Source of the DNA: Ostreococcus lucimarinus
Lineage: Eukaryota
NCBI GenBank assembly: GCA_000092065.1
Contig: CP000593.1
Direction: 5' to 3' (one strand)
Length of the DNA: 64,000 nt
Below the pieces are notes generated by a model. That model was not told the DNA's origin. It searched no databases and worked only from the letters and a program-made list of their open reading frames with translations. Shown one piece after another: positions 38,181 through 48,506 of the stretch (positions are counted from its first letter, which is position 1; each line of letters starts with the position of its first letter). The translations under genes were made by a program, and so were the position numbers.

Positions 38181-39218
38181 TTATTCATCCGTCGCGCGCT
38201 CGTCGGCGTCCAAGTTATCGAGCGAAAAGGTTTGCTCGGCCTCGTACGTTTGGTACGCTTTTCGCGCCATTTCTTCGAGTTCTCCGCCGCACAATTCTGA
38301 AATCTCGCGCCAGAGCGGCTTAGGAAGCTGAATCACTTGTTTCAGCGACAACTCCTTGGCTGCGGCGACTGGAAACCACACCCCACGCTCGCACTCGCTC
38401 TCTAGCTGCCCGGGCGCCCAGCCGCAATATCGGGCGAAAAATTTAAATTCGTCGGCGTGACACGTCGAGCCGTCTTGCTGCACCAATTCACACGCGCTGT
38501 CGTAGCCGCCGAGATACACCCCGGGTAAGACCTCGACGCTCCCCTTCACGTCCTCTCTGCCGTGCAAAAAACTCACGGTGCCATCGCCGACGTCACCGCC
38601 AAAATACAACGCGTTCTTCGCGAACGGCCCGTTTGCTTCCCCGCTCACGTACCCCATGTCGTACTGCGTCGGCCGGTTCAAAATAACCCCCATCGACCCA
38701 TTCTCGTGATGTTCGAGCACCAAGATGACCGCTTGATGAAAATACTGCTGCGACATCCTAAACTCGTGATCGGCCGCGACGAGCAAGCACCCCTTCTCCG
38801 GCGCGCCGATGACGTGCGCCCACGGCGCCGACGCCGCCAGCCTCGGATTTTGCGTCTCCAGCACCTTCAAATTTTCCTCCGACACCGCCGCCGCGCGCGC
38901 CCGCTCTTCCTCCGGCGTCACCGCGCGCTCGCGCGCCAACAACTGCGCCCGAAATTCCCGCCAATCGCTCTCCAGCGCCGGCGCCACGTCCTGCGTTCGT
39001 CGCTCCGCGCGCGTCCTCGTCAGTCCCCCATCGTCCCTCGCCCCCACCGCGCGCGTCGCGTCGTCCCGCGCGCGTCGCGTCGTCGCGTCATCACGCACGT
39101 CGCTCTCCGGCGCGCCCTCGCCCTTCGCCGCGCGCGTCGTCCGCCGTCGTCGTCGCGCGCGTCCGCATCGCGACGCGACCACCGTCGTCGTCGTCATCGC
39201 GCGTCCCGTCGTCGCCAT
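38181..39218 (-). CDS. YqgE/AlgH-family protein (UPF0301/DUF179) with an organellar-type N-terminal extension
   Basis: ATG is the complement of 39216-39218. The core GCLLVAADHEFRMSQQYFHQAVILVLEHHENGSMGVILNRPT...YFGGDVG matches the DUF179 signature. The roughly 140-aa Arg/Thr/Ala-rich N-terminus is consistent with plastid/mitochondrial targeting, as in plant homologues. Confidence 0.8.
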   Translation of the reverse strand: MATTGRAMTTTTVVASRCGRARRRRRTTRAAKGEGAPESDVRDDATTRRARDDATRAVGARDDGGLTRTRAERRTQDVAPALESDWREFRAQLLARERAVTPEEERARAAAVSEENLKVLETQNPRLAASAPWAHVIGAPEKGCLLVAADHEFRMSQQYFHQAVILVLEHHENGSMGVILNRPTQYDMGYVSGEANGPFAKNALYFGGDVGDGTVSFLHGREDVKGSVEVLPGVYLGGYDSACELVQQDGSTCHADEFKFFARYCGWAPGQLESECERGVWFPVAAAKELSLKQVIQLPKPLWREISELCGGELEEMARKAYQTYEAEQTFSLDNLDADERATDE

Positions 39219-39906
39219 CGCGCGCGGTCGGCGCGCCGATCGACGGCGTCGTCGTCGTCGTCGTCGCGTTCGCGTCCGTCGCGACGCGCGCGCCGCCGTC
39301 GTCGCGCGTCGCGATGCGCGCGCGTCGCCGCGACGAACGGTCGACGTCGTCGCGCGCGGTGTTTAGCTATCCATATACCATAGCATAGATACCGCAAACG
39401 TATCCTGAAATACAGCGTTACGTGCGTTGTACGTGACGGGAGTATTTAATGACGAACCGTCGATGGGACTCCAGACGTTTACAATACGATGTGGGACGTC
39501 ATAAAATTTAGAGGCCGCGCGCGGCGCCGACGCGCGGTCGTTGCGCGCGCGTCGCGCGTCGCGCGTCGCTCGTCGTCGCGCGCGTCGCGCGTCGCGCGTC
39601 CCCGCGCGCGGCGCCATGCGCGGCGGCGCGCGCCGCGACGGACGACCGCCGCGCGGCGCGAACGACGACGGCATCGACGATGATTTCGACGACGACGTCG
39701 AGCCGCCGCTTCGCGCGACGACGAAATCGCCGGTGCGGTTCGGCATGGCGCCGCACCCGACGCTGTGCGCGTCCGTGCCGGAGGATCTGAAGAATTACGG
39801 CCGGCGCGGGCGCGCGAGCGCCGGGACGCATCGGTGTCCGTGCGCGCACGCGGCGCGGGACGAGACGCGGGACGACGACGACGCGAGGACGTGCGCGGGA
39901 AGCGCG

Positions 39907-41217
39907 ATGGAAACGGCGCGGCGAGGGTTCGCGGCGGCGTACGCGACGCGGGCGGGGATAAGTTTGGCGGCGCACGTCGTCAGGACGCTCAGGCGCGGGT
40001 CGGCGAGGAAGTGCTTGGATTTGGGTCACCTGGTGGGGGAGGAGACGTTGAGGTATCGGGAAGACGCGGCGCGGTTCGGATTGTTCGCGGGCGGGTTCGC
40101 GGGGACGTACTCGGCGACGCGGTGTTGGCTGTGTTACGTCACGGCGCCGAGCGGGGGGGAGGAGGGCGCGGAGACGGTGGAGAAGGGCGCGGAAAAGGGC
40201 GCGGACGCCGTCGTCGAGCGGTCGGCGAGGGAGCCGTTCACGCCCGAGTCCGCGGCGTCCATCGCGGGCGGCGTCGCGGGGCTGTCCATATTCTTCCTCA
40301 AACCGAAGTATCGTCGCGCGTTTTCGCTGTATCTTCTCGCCAAGCTCGCGCAGGCGAGCTGGGCGAGCGCGCAGAAGGAGCATCCTTGGATGAAGGAGCG
40401 AGGTCCGGCGGCGTGGAGGCACACGAATTTCGCGCTCTTCACGCTTTCGTCCGCGCAAATCATGTACGCGTACGTCATGCGACCCGATACGCTCGATCCA
40501 GGGTTTTGGAACTTTATCGTGAACGCCGGGCCGATCGACAAGCAGACGCTCGGCGCCGTGCGCGAGAGCGTGCGAAGCGGCGCGAGCGCCGCCGTGGTGG
40601 GGTGCGACCACACGCACGGAAGCACGGGCGCGCTGTGGTGCTCATCCCACGTCGCTGCGTCATCGTTTTCCACTTTCAAAAAGTGTTTTCCGTTTTACTT
40701 TTCGATTCATTACGTGCCATACGTGGTTCTTAATTTAAGCAAAGCGGTGCAGAAGCCGCTGTCGACGCTGTATCGCGCGACCAAGGCGACGGTGCGCTCG
40801 TCCACGATGATTTCCACGTACGTTGGTTTATATATGAGCACGGTGTGTTTGCATCGAAACTCCGGTCTCCGCGATCACCGCGCGCTGTACTATCTCGCCG
40901 GGGTCGTCGCCAGCGGCGCGTTGTTGGTCGAAGACGAAGGCAGGCGCACCGACTTGACTCTTTGGATTGTACCGCGCGCCGTTGATTCCCTCGTATTAGT
41001 CTTGGTGCGCAAAGGCATACTTCCGCACGTCGCGAATTTCGAAAGTTATTTATTCGCTCTCGTGATGAGCGGCGTGATGAACCTTTACGAGAGAGAACCG
41101 GACGTGTTGGAGCGCAATTTAACGCGCTTCATCGCTCGCTTCGTCGAACCGCCGACGGCGACCAGTGTCGGGCGCTTATCGAGCATCTCCCGCGACGCCA
41201 GCGTCTCGCTCATGTGA
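39907..41217 (+). CDS. Multi-pass membrane protein, TMEM135/Tim17-like (start uncertain; alternative ATG at 39616)
   Basis: Several hydrophobic helices with Gly-rich Tim17-like segments (FGLFAGGFAGTYSATRCW, ...LYLLAKLAQASWASA...). The family call is from memory and is weak. The ORF-track start at 39541 is TTG within an R-rich tract. Confidence 0.4.
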   Translation: METARRGFAAAYATRAGISLAAHVVRTLRRGSARKCLDLGHLVGEETLRYREDAARFGLFAGGFAGTYSATRCWLCYVTAPSGGEEGAETVEKGAEKGADAVVERSAREPFTPESAASIAGGVAGLSIFFLKPKYRRAFSLYLLAKLAQASWASAQKEHPWMKERGPAAWRHTNFALFTLSSAQIMYAYVMRPDTLDPGFWNFIVNAGPIDKQTLGAVRESVRSGASAAVVGCDHTHGSTGALWCSSHVAASSFSTFKKCFPFYFSIHYVPYVVLNLSKAVQKPLSTLYRATKATVRSSTMISTYVGLYMSTVCLHRNSGLRDHRALYYLAGVVASGALLVEDEGRRTDLTLWIVPRAVDSLVLVLVRKGILPHVANFESYLFALVMSGVMNLYEREPDVLERNLTRFIARFVEPPTATSVGRLSSISRDASVSLM

Positions 41218-41355
41218 AAGTATATATTCGTGTTGTCCACACTCATCGTCTCAGCCTCGCCGCGTCGCGTTCGACGCGACTCGCGCGTTCGCGGCGTCCC
41301 GTTCGCGGCGCCCCGCGCGGGCTTCACACGCCGCCGCGCCCGAACGCCGCGCGCG

Positions 41356-42555
41356 ATGTCCACCATCGTCATCGACGACAAGTACGCGTTGAGTGACTCG
41401 GACTCTGTCGACGCCGACGCCCCGCGATGCGCGAACTGCGGCGTCGCGAGCGACCGACTCAAAAAGTGCGCCAAGTGCCGGCGCGCGCACTTTTGCAACG
41501 CCGCGTGCCAGCGCGCGGCGTGGGACGCGCACGCGCGCGAGTGCGTCGCGGATGCGAACGCGAAACCGGCGTACAAACCGCCCGAACCGCCGCGAATGCC
41601 GACGAAGGCGGAAAAGGAAGAGGCGAAGGAGAGCGAGACGCGGCGAATTCGCGAGACGACGTTGCCGCGAGCGCGCGCGGCGTTGCGAAGAGATGGCGTC
41701 TCGACAACGGTAGATTTAGACGAGTTGATCGAGGGATTAGAAGACGCGATCGTGTTCGCGATCGGGGAGGAGGATCAGGGGTTGACTCGCGAGGTGCGGT
41801 TGGTGCTGGCGAGGGCGTATTTAGAGGCGAAGCGCGCGGATGAATGTTTGCACTATTTGGCGCCGGCGCTGGAGGAGGCGCGAAAGGAGGGCGGGGCGGC
41901 GAGCGCGGACGCGCACACGCTCGCGGCGAAGGCGCATTGCGCGAAGGGCGAGAAAGAACAGTGTCGCAAGGAATTGACGGCGGCGTTGGATTGCGCGAGC
42001 GAATCGACGAGCGACGAAGCGCAGTGCGATACGTTGCTCGACGCGGGGATTATTTTACACGATCTCGGTGACTGGGAGCGATGTGCGCCGTTGCTCAGCA
42101 CCGCGGGCGAGGCGGCAGAAAAACTCGGTCGCTTGCGCGAGGCGGCGCGCGCGTATAATCGCGCGGGTTCGGCACTTTTGCGTTCGGGTCGGCCCGACTA
42201 CGCCGGGCGATGCTGGACTCGAGAGCTGCGAGTGCTAGAGGCGGACGATTCCACCGATCCAGGGACGTTGGCGCAGGCTTTCGCGAACTGTGCGAGCGCT
42301 TTTTTACTCACTCGCGGCGAAGACGATGATGCGTTCAACTTACACAAGAAGTCCGCGCTCACGAAGGCCCGCGAGTCTGGAAATGACGCTGAGGCTCGCG
42401 TTTACTTGCAATTAGGCAACGCTTACAAACTCGCCGGAGACGCGATAGATGATAGTTTAGCGCGCGCGAAAGATTGTTTCGAGAAAGCAAAGTCGTTATC
42501 GGCGACCGATGCTGGCGAGATCGCTTCGCGGGCTTTAGAAATGCTTAGTCTGTAA
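41356..42555 (+). CDS. MYND zinc-finger + TPR-repeat protein
   Basis: ATG at 41356. MYND finger is CANCGVASDRLKKCAKCRRAHFCNAACQRAAWDAHAREC. The C-terminal half has TPR-like helical repeats (..AYNRAGSALLRSGRPDYAGRCW.., ..YLQLGNAYKLAGDAIDDSLARAKDCFEKAKSL..). Confidence 0.7.
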   Translation: MSTIVIDDKYALSDSDSVDADAPRCANCGVASDRLKKCAKCRRAHFCNAACQRAAWDAHARECVADANAKPAYKPPEPPRMPTKAEKEEAKESETRRIRETTLPRARAALRRDGVSTTVDLDELIEGLEDAIVFAIGEEDQGLTREVRLVLARAYLEAKRADECLHYLAPALEEARKEGGAASADAHTLAAKAHCAKGEKEQCRKELTAALDCASESTSDEAQCDTLLDAGIILHDLGDWERCAPLLSTAGEAAEKLGRLREAARAYNRAGSALLRSGRPDYAGRCWTRELRVLEADDSTDPGTLAQAFANCASAFLLTRGEDDDAFNLHKKSALTKARESGNDAEARVYLQLGNAYKLAGDAIDDSLARAKDCFEKAKSLSATDAGEIASRALEMLSL

Positions 42556-42685
42556 TCATGATTGCAAAGCTGAGCGTTTCGTGTGAAACGCGCTTTGGCG
42601 AAGCGCCCTACTAATCTACTGTGTCGTTCACCGTCGGTACTGCATCGATGAAAGCGGCGTGCGCGTTAAAGCGTATGCAACGATG

Positions 42686-44242
42686 TTATCCATCGAGCAT
42701 TTGTAAAAATTCATCGTTGGGGAAATTGGACAAATTAAACTCCGTCGACGCCGAAGTCGAGAGGCAGCCGTGCTTGAGCGCCCAGTCGCGAAGTTCAAAG
42801 TTGCCCTCTTCCGTGGCTTTCTGAATCGTCCAACCGTCCCAAGGGCATCCGTGCTGACGAAGCCATTTTAAGACGTCCAAGTGTCCGCCTATAGCGGCGA
42901 ACGCGCACGTGCGTGAGTTCCACAAGCACCCGTGCTGACGCGCCCACTTCAAAATGTGCAAATTTCCCTCCCACGCGCTGTACTCGCACGTGTACATGTT
43001 CCATGGACAACCGCGCGCGCGCGCCCACTGCAGCACGCTCAAGTGACCACCGAGCGCGGCGTGCGCGCACGTTTGTTCATCCCAAGGCACTTCTTCGGCG
43101 CGAAGGTACTCGAGCAACTCGACGTGACCGCCGTACGCCGCGGCGGCGCACACGCGCGCGTCGACGGGGCACCCCTGTTTATGCGCCCACTTCAACACCT
43201 CGAGATGGCCGTGTCGCGCCGCTTGCACGGGCGTCCACAAGTTCCAGGGGCAGCCTTGCATTCGTAACCACTTGAGCATGTCCAAATGCCCACCCACCGC
43301 GGCTTCTTGGCACGTCCAGTCGTGCAGGATCCCCCCTTGCGAGTGCAAAAACTTGAGGCAGTCGAGGTGGCCGAAGCGCGCGGCGACGTCGCCCGCCGAG
43401 TGCGGCCATGGACAGTTCTCCGCTCGCAACCACTCGAGAACGTGTAAGTGTCCGCCCTTGGCCGCGTCCCACACCGCTTGCTCGTCCCAGGTCTCGCCCT
43501 CCGCGCGCAACCACTTCAGCGCCTCCAAGTGCCCGCCCTCGCACGCGTACTGAATCGCGCTCGAGTGCCAGTGGAAGTTGTGTCGTTTCAGCCACTTCAG
43601 CACCGCGAGCTGGCCGTTCTTCGCCGCCTTCGCGCACACCGCGCTTCCCCACGGACACCCTTCCGCCTTTAACCAGCGTAAAATCTCCAAATGCCCTCCT
43701 CGAGCGGCGCAAATCGGCGTCAATTCGTCCCACGGACACCCCACCTCGCGAAGCCAGCACATCATTTCAAAGTACCCCCCGTTCGCCGCGTTCGCGAACA
43801 CCGCCGAGTTCAACGGGCACCCGTGCGCGTGCGCCCACTTCAAAATATCCAAGTGCCCTCCCCGCGCCGCCGCCACGCACGTGTCCGCCGTCCACGGGCA
43901 CCCGTTTCGATACCCCCACTCCTCCGGTTTCGGCCCCGCGTAGAACCCCTGCTCGCGCAGCCACTGCACGCTCTCCAGCTTCCCGCTCGCCGCCGCCGCG
44001 CGACACAACCGCCAATCCCACGGCACGCCCTGCGTCTGCGCCCACCTCAACATCGCCGGCGAGTGCACGAACTTACTCACCCGCATCGCGCACACCGGAT
44101 CGCGTCCCGACTCGATCACCGCGTCCAGGCACCCGTGCGACACGCGCGACAGCACGTTGCAATCCGTGTCGTCCAGGTACTTCATGATGTACTGCTGGAA
44201 CACGTCCGGCAGCATTCCCTGCGACACCAATCGCTTCGGCAT
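42686..44242 (-). CDS. Protein composed of about 14 tandem 33-aa GCPW-type (degenerate ankyrin-like) repeats
   Basis: ATG is the complement of 44240-44242. The unit W(D/N)xxxCxxAAxGGHLxxLxW(A/L)(R/H)xxGCPW is repeated throughout. The periodicity is also visible at the DNA level, as roughly 99-bp units across about 42750-43950. Confidence 0.7.
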   Translation of the reverse strand: MPKRLVSQGMLPDVFQQYIMKYLDDTDCNVLSRVSHGCLDAVIESGRDPVCAMRVSKFVHSPAMLRWAQTQGVPWDWRLCRAAAASGKLESVQWLREQGFYAGPKPEEWGYRNGCPWTADTCVAAARGGHLDILKWAHAHGCPLNSAVFANAANGGYFEMMCWLREVGCPWDELTPICAARGGHLEILRWLKAEGCPWGSAVCAKAAKNGQLAVLKWLKRHNFHWHSSAIQYACEGGHLEALKWLRAEGETWDEQAVWDAAKGGHLHVLEWLRAENCPWPHSAGDVAARFGHLDCLKFLHSQGGILHDWTCQEAAVGGHLDMLKWLRMQGCPWNLWTPVQAARHGHLEVLKWAHKQGCPVDARVCAAAAYGGHVELLEYLRAEEVPWDEQTCAHAALGGHLSVLQWARARGCPWNMYTCEYSAWEGNLHILKWARQHGCLWNSRTCAFAAIGGHLDVLKWLRQHGCPWDGWTIQKATEEGNFELRDWALKHGCLSTSASTEFNLSNFPNDEFLQMLDG

Positions 44243-44630
44243 CGTTCACTCGACGCGCGGAAGAGCGCCGCTCGCGTCGCGTCGCGTCGCGTCCCGCGTC
44301 CGCGCGCGCCGTCGTCCGGACGCCGTCGTCCGCGGTATGCCGTCGCGTCCCGCGTCGCGTCCCTCTTCGCGTCGCGCGCGTCGCGTCGCGTTCGCGCACG
44401 GCGCGCGCGGTGATTCGAGCGCGTCGCGTCGCGTCGATCGACGCCGTCGATCGGCGCTCGCGGCGTCGCGCGCGCGTGTCGCGTCGACGCGCGCGATGAG
44501 GGTGGCTCCCTCGCGCGCGCTTTTTCTGTGTGTCCGTGTTGTCGTCTCAGTCTCAGGAGTCGCCGTGTCGAGTCATGACTCGACGCGAGTTATGGCTGGA
44601 CGCGAGTTATGACTGTTTGCGCATACGCGT

Positions 44631-44672
44631 GGGGCGACCGACCGCGACCGACCGACCGACCGACCGAATCGC
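44631..44672. repeat. (CGAC)n tetranucleotide repeat in the divergent intergenic region upstream of MLO
   Basis: Reads cgaccgaccgcgaccgaccgaccgaccgaccgaatc. Confidence 0.85.
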
Positions 44673-44790
44673 GCGTCCCTCGGCGGCGCGCCGCGCGACG
44701 ACGGCGCTCGCGCGCGCGCCAAAGAACGACCGGGTCGACGACCGGATCGACGACGCGCGATCGCAAACGCGCCGACGCTTAACGCGCGCC

Positions 44791-46671
44791 ATGGCGGGCG
44801 GCGGCGGCGCGGGATGGAGCGCGACGAAGGGGTATAAACTCGGCGGTTTGTTTCTCGCGCTCGCGCTGCTCTCCATCGCGCTCGCGCGCGCGAACGTCGT
44901 CGTCGGACGAACGCTGAGGAAACACAAGCGGAGCGCGATGCTGCACGTGTTCGAACACCTGCAGCTGGAGCTGATGCTGCTGGGGACGCTGTCGCTGCTG
45001 CTGACGGCGCTGCAGGACGCGCTGATGAAGATTTGCGTGAAGGAGGAGGGGTCGTACGGGACGGATGAGTGCCCAAAAGGCGAGGGACCGCTGTGGAGCG
45101 CGACGACGCTGCATCAGACGCATATTTTCATATTCATTTTGGCGTGCACGCACGTGAGTTACGTGGCGGTGAGCGCGTACGTGTGCTCGTGGAAGCTGCG
45201 GCAGTGGCGGCGTTGGGAGACGGAGGGGGAGGTGAAGGTGCACGCGTTGAATCCGAAGATTAACCCGAGGAACGCGACGGGGATTGTGCATTTGGTGTGG
45301 CGCGCGTTTTGGTCGCAGTTTCGATTCGCGGTGGACAAGGGGATGTACTTGTCGTTGCGAAGATTGTTTTTGGAGCGCACGGGGGCGACGCACGATTTCA
45401 ACTTTTACGATTACTTGCGCGAGTCCATGGAGGAAGACATGAGCTCGCTCATCGGGATGACGGTGTTGATGTGGTCGATGGCTACGATTTTCGTGACGGT
45501 GCCGCAGGCGTTGTTCTTATCCGCGGGGATCGTGTGTCTGGGCGTCATGCTCTTCGTGGGGACGATGCTCGAGAGCGTGGCGTTGCGTCTCGCGCAAGCT
45601 GCGTACGAACGTTTCGCCGACGAGAACGAACTCGAAGAGAGGTTGGCGGAAGAAGAGCTAGACATTTCTATCGAAAAATCACCCACTGTGCGGCGACGCG
45701 AGCTGCGAAAAGAGATTGATTCGCAAAATTTCTTTTGGTTGGGTCGACCGCGTTTGCTGCTCAAAGTTTACCAATTCGTGTTGTTTGAAAACGCCATTTC
45801 ACTATCCATGCTCATCTTCAGCATGTGGCAAGATAAAAAGTGGTTGACCTACAACGCGAGTATGTCGGTCGGCACCGCCTGGGCGCTGTTTGCCGTCGAC
45901 GTCTGCGTGTTGATGCACAGCGCTTTGTTCATTCTTCCCGTGTACGCCATCACGTCGACCGTTGGTTCACATTGCGCGACTTCTTTGCAAGAATACGCCG
46001 ATAAACTCGGCATCACGCGCGAGGCCGCTTTACAAGCGTATTTAGAACGCGCCAATGAGTCGATGTCCACAGCTGACGCCGCAGAGGTGGCGGCGTACGA
46101 TTTGAGTTTACTCGGGCGTGACGTCAAGGAGGTCGTCTCGAGCGGAGATTTCGATCAAGAAGCCGTGCCAGTTTCGGCGCTACCTAAAGACTTACAAGCT
46201 GTCGCGGGTGCGTCTAGTCGTCAATTATCCGCTGGTCTCAAAGATATCCAGGCCAGAGGCCAGGCGCGAAAATCGTGGGCGAAGGCGGCGGGCAAGCTCG
46301 CGGCTGGGCAAAAAGATTACTCGCGAGAGAATGAAAAATCAATCACCAGTTTGCTCGGCGCTATCTTGTCAAATCAAATGAAAGCCGAGCTCGCAAAGCA
46401 AAAGCGAGAAAAAGAAGCGAAAGAAGCGGCAAGAGCGGCGAGTCCTGGTGTTGTCGGAGCGTTGCAGCGAACATTTTCGAAGAAGGATATAGCCACGATG
46501 TCCGTCGGTCAACCATCCGCCGACGACGTCACCGAAGACTCGCCAATTCCAAGTTCGAAGGTCTTGGTTAGTAAACCGTCGATGAAGGACGTCTTTAGCA
46601 TGGCCTCGCCTCCTCCTAAGCCAACAATGCGTAGCTCGCTCGACGAAGAAAAAATCGTGGAGGAGCCGTAA
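44791..46671 (+). CDS. MLO: MLO-family seven-transmembrane protein
   Basis: ATG at 44791. MLO signature blocks: LELMLLGTLSLLLTALQDALMKICV, the conserved Cys-containing extracellular loop (CPKGEGPLWS), HQTHIFIFILACTHVSYVAVSAY, and WRRWETE. Seven hydrophobic helices are followed by a long cytoplasmic C-terminus with a basic amphipathic calmodulin-binding-like stretch. Confidence 0.8.
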   Translation: MAGGGGAGWSATKGYKLGGLFLALALLSIALARANVVVGRTLRKHKRSAMLHVFEHLQLELMLLGTLSLLLTALQDALMKICVKEEGSYGTDECPKGEGPLWSATTLHQTHIFIFILACTHVSYVAVSAYVCSWKLRQWRRWETEGEVKVHALNPKINPRNATGIVHLVWRAFWSQFRFAVDKGMYLSLRRLFLERTGATHDFNFYDYLRESMEEDMSSLIGMTVLMWSMATIFVTVPQALFLSAGIVCLGVMLFVGTMLESVALRLAQAAYERFADENELEERLAEEELDISIEKSPTVRRRELRKEIDSQNFFWLGRPRLLLKVYQFVLFENAISLSMLIFSMWQDKKWLTYNASMSVGTAWALFAVDVCVLMHSALFILPVYAITSTVGSHCATSLQEYADKLGITREAALQAYLERANESMSTADAAEVAAYDLSLLGRDVKEVVSSGDFDQEAVPVSALPKDLQAVAGASSRQLSAGLKDIQARGQARKSWAKAAGKLAAGQKDYSRENEKSITSLLGAILSNQMKAELAKQKREKEAKEAARAASPGVVGALQRTFSKKDIATMSVGQPSADDVTEDSPIPSSKVLVSKPSMKDVFSMASPPPKPTMRSSLDEEKIVEEP

Positions 46672-46748
46672 GATGAGACGTCTGAATGAATCGCGAAACG
46701 CGTAAACGTGTTGATATTATCCTAATACGATCAAACCTTATTATTAAA

Positions 46749-48506
46749 TTACGGAATGCAACACGACACGATGCCGAGACGAGCCGTGGAACACGGCGCT
46801 ACTTCCCGCCACTTGTTCGCGCGCACATCGTACACCTCCACCGCCGCGATGGCACTCACGCCGTCGAAACCGCCGATGGCGTAGACGGCGTCACCGGAAG
46901 GATCCACCACGGTGGCGTGCAATTGTCGACGATAATGCATCGGGGCTAAGTCCCACCATCCTCGCTTTGCTTCGCGAGGATCGTGTGCCTCGACAAGGTT
47001 CAAGACGCTTCGTTCGTCGCGTCCGCCGACGGTGAGCATCATCCCTCGCGCGTTCAAGCTCGCCACGCCCAGATCCCGACGCTTATGCTTCAAAGGTTGA
47101 CCAGTCGTCCACGTATCCGCGCGCGGGTCATACACCTCGCACAGATCTAATATTTCTCCCGTGCCGCTGAATCCACCAACGGCGTAGAGCTTCCCGCCAA
47201 GGTTGGCGACGCCGAGCGTGGCGCGACCTTCGCTCATCGGAGCGCAGGTGACCCAGGACGACGAAGGTTGCGAACCCACACCGCTAGCGTCCGCGCCGAG
47301 ACCTTCGCCGTAATCGAACGAACCGAACGTCTTGTTCGCTTCCATGGAGTGTAAGTAGTACTCCCCGTCGTATCCTCCGCACGCAAACGTCACGCCGTCG
47401 ATCATCGTCGACGCGCACCAAATGCGCGGAACGCTCATGGGATCTACGACGCGCCACTTCCCCACGCTCTCGCGGTATTCTTCAACGCTTCTCAGTGCTT
47501 CGTTCCCATCGCTACCACCGATGACGACGGTACCTCCTATAGCGGTCGTGGAACACGCCGCGTACGCTCGCGGCGTATTGAGCGACGCGAACGGCTTCCA
47601 ACTCAGGTACCCCCTCGCGTCCGCCTCGCCCGGTCTCATGTACTCCACGTCACTCAAAGGAATGTCGCTTCCACGCTCTAGTCCTCCGATGCACAAAACG
47701 CGTCCGACGAGATCTATGCCGTCCAACGCCGACGCGCGCGCGGATTCTGGAACGACGCCCGCCGCCGCGTTTGTTTGGGCGGTTTTCGTCAGCGACGCGT
47801 TCTCCACCGCTCGCGTCAACGTCGTCACCTTATCCTTCGCCCTCTTCCATCGACTCGTCGTCCCCACCGCCGGCGACCCAGCGATCGTTTCTTCCATCGC
47901 TTCGTCCACCCACGCCGCGACTTTCGCGTCGTCGCCGCGCGCCGGTTCGAAGCCTCTCGACTCGCCGTCGACGTCCTCCCCTCCGAAACTCTGACTCGCC
48001 GCGTACGACATCGACCGCGCGCTCATCGACCCCCCGGTCGCTCGCGCGTACCTCTCGTGCACCTTGATTTCGGTGTCAAACTTTATCCTCTCCGCCTCGA
48101 ATCGCATCCGTTCCCTCTCGAACGCCTCGCGTTCGTCTCGCAGCGCCGCGTACGCCCGCTCCAACTCATCCTCCTGCATCATCCTTCGCGCGTCGAAATC
48201 CCGCCGCTCGCGTTCGAGCAAATCCTTCCCTCGCAGCACCTCTCGCCGCGTCTCTTCGATCCTCTCCAGCGCTTCTTCGCGCTCCGCGTCGATCTCTCTT
48301 CGCGTCGCCTCCGCCGCGCGCCGCGCGTCTCGCGCGTAATCCGCCGCCACCGCCTCCATGCGTTCGTACGCCGCTCGCACGCGCGTCGGCGCGCCGTCAT
48401 CGCGCGTCCATCGCGTTCGCGCGTCTTCCTCGTCGCTCTCGCGCGATCGCGTCGCTCTCGCGCCGCGCGCGTCGTCGTCGTCCGACGCGTCACCGTTCCA
48501 ACGCAT
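46749..48506 (-). CDS. Kelch-repeat beta-propeller protein with an N-terminal coiled-coil region
   Basis: The C-terminal half has at least 5 Kelch repeats with GG/Y/W landmarks (..LYAVGGFSGTGE.., ..VYAIGGFDGVSAIAAVEVYDVRANKW.., ..MLTVGGRDERSV..). The N-terminal half has E/R-rich heptad-like coiled coil (AEREEALERIEETRREVLRGKDLLERERRDFDARRMMQEDELERAYAALRDEREAFERER). Start is taken at the ATG complementary to 48504-48506. The upstream ORF extension is Arg/Ser low complexity. Confidence 0.6.
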   Translation of the reverse strand: MRWNGDASDDDDARGARATRSRESDEEDARTRWTRDDGAPTRVRAAYERMEAVAADYARDARRAAEATRREIDAEREEALERIEETRREVLRGKDLLERERRDFDARRMMQEDELERAYAALRDEREAFERERMRFEAERIKFDTEIKVHERYARATGGSMSARSMSYAASQSFGGEDVDGESRGFEPARGDDAKVAAWVDEAMEETIAGSPAVGTTSRWKRAKDKVTTLTRAVENASLTKTAQTNAAAGVVPESARASALDGIDLVGRVLCIGGLERGSDIPLSDVEYMRPGEADARGYLSWKPFASLNTPRAYAACSTTAIGGTVVIGGSDGNEALRSVEEYRESVGKWRVVDPMSVPRIWCASTMIDGVTFACGGYDGEYYLHSMEANKTFGSFDYGEGLGADASGVGSQPSSSWVTCAPMSEGRATLGVANLGGKLYAVGGFSGTGEILDLCEVYDPRADTWTTGQPLKHKRRDLGVASLNARGMMLTVGGRDERSVLNLVEAHDPREAKRGWWDLAPMHYRRQLHATVVDPSGDAVYAIGGFDGVSAIAAVEVYDVRANKWREVAPCSTARLGIVSCCIP

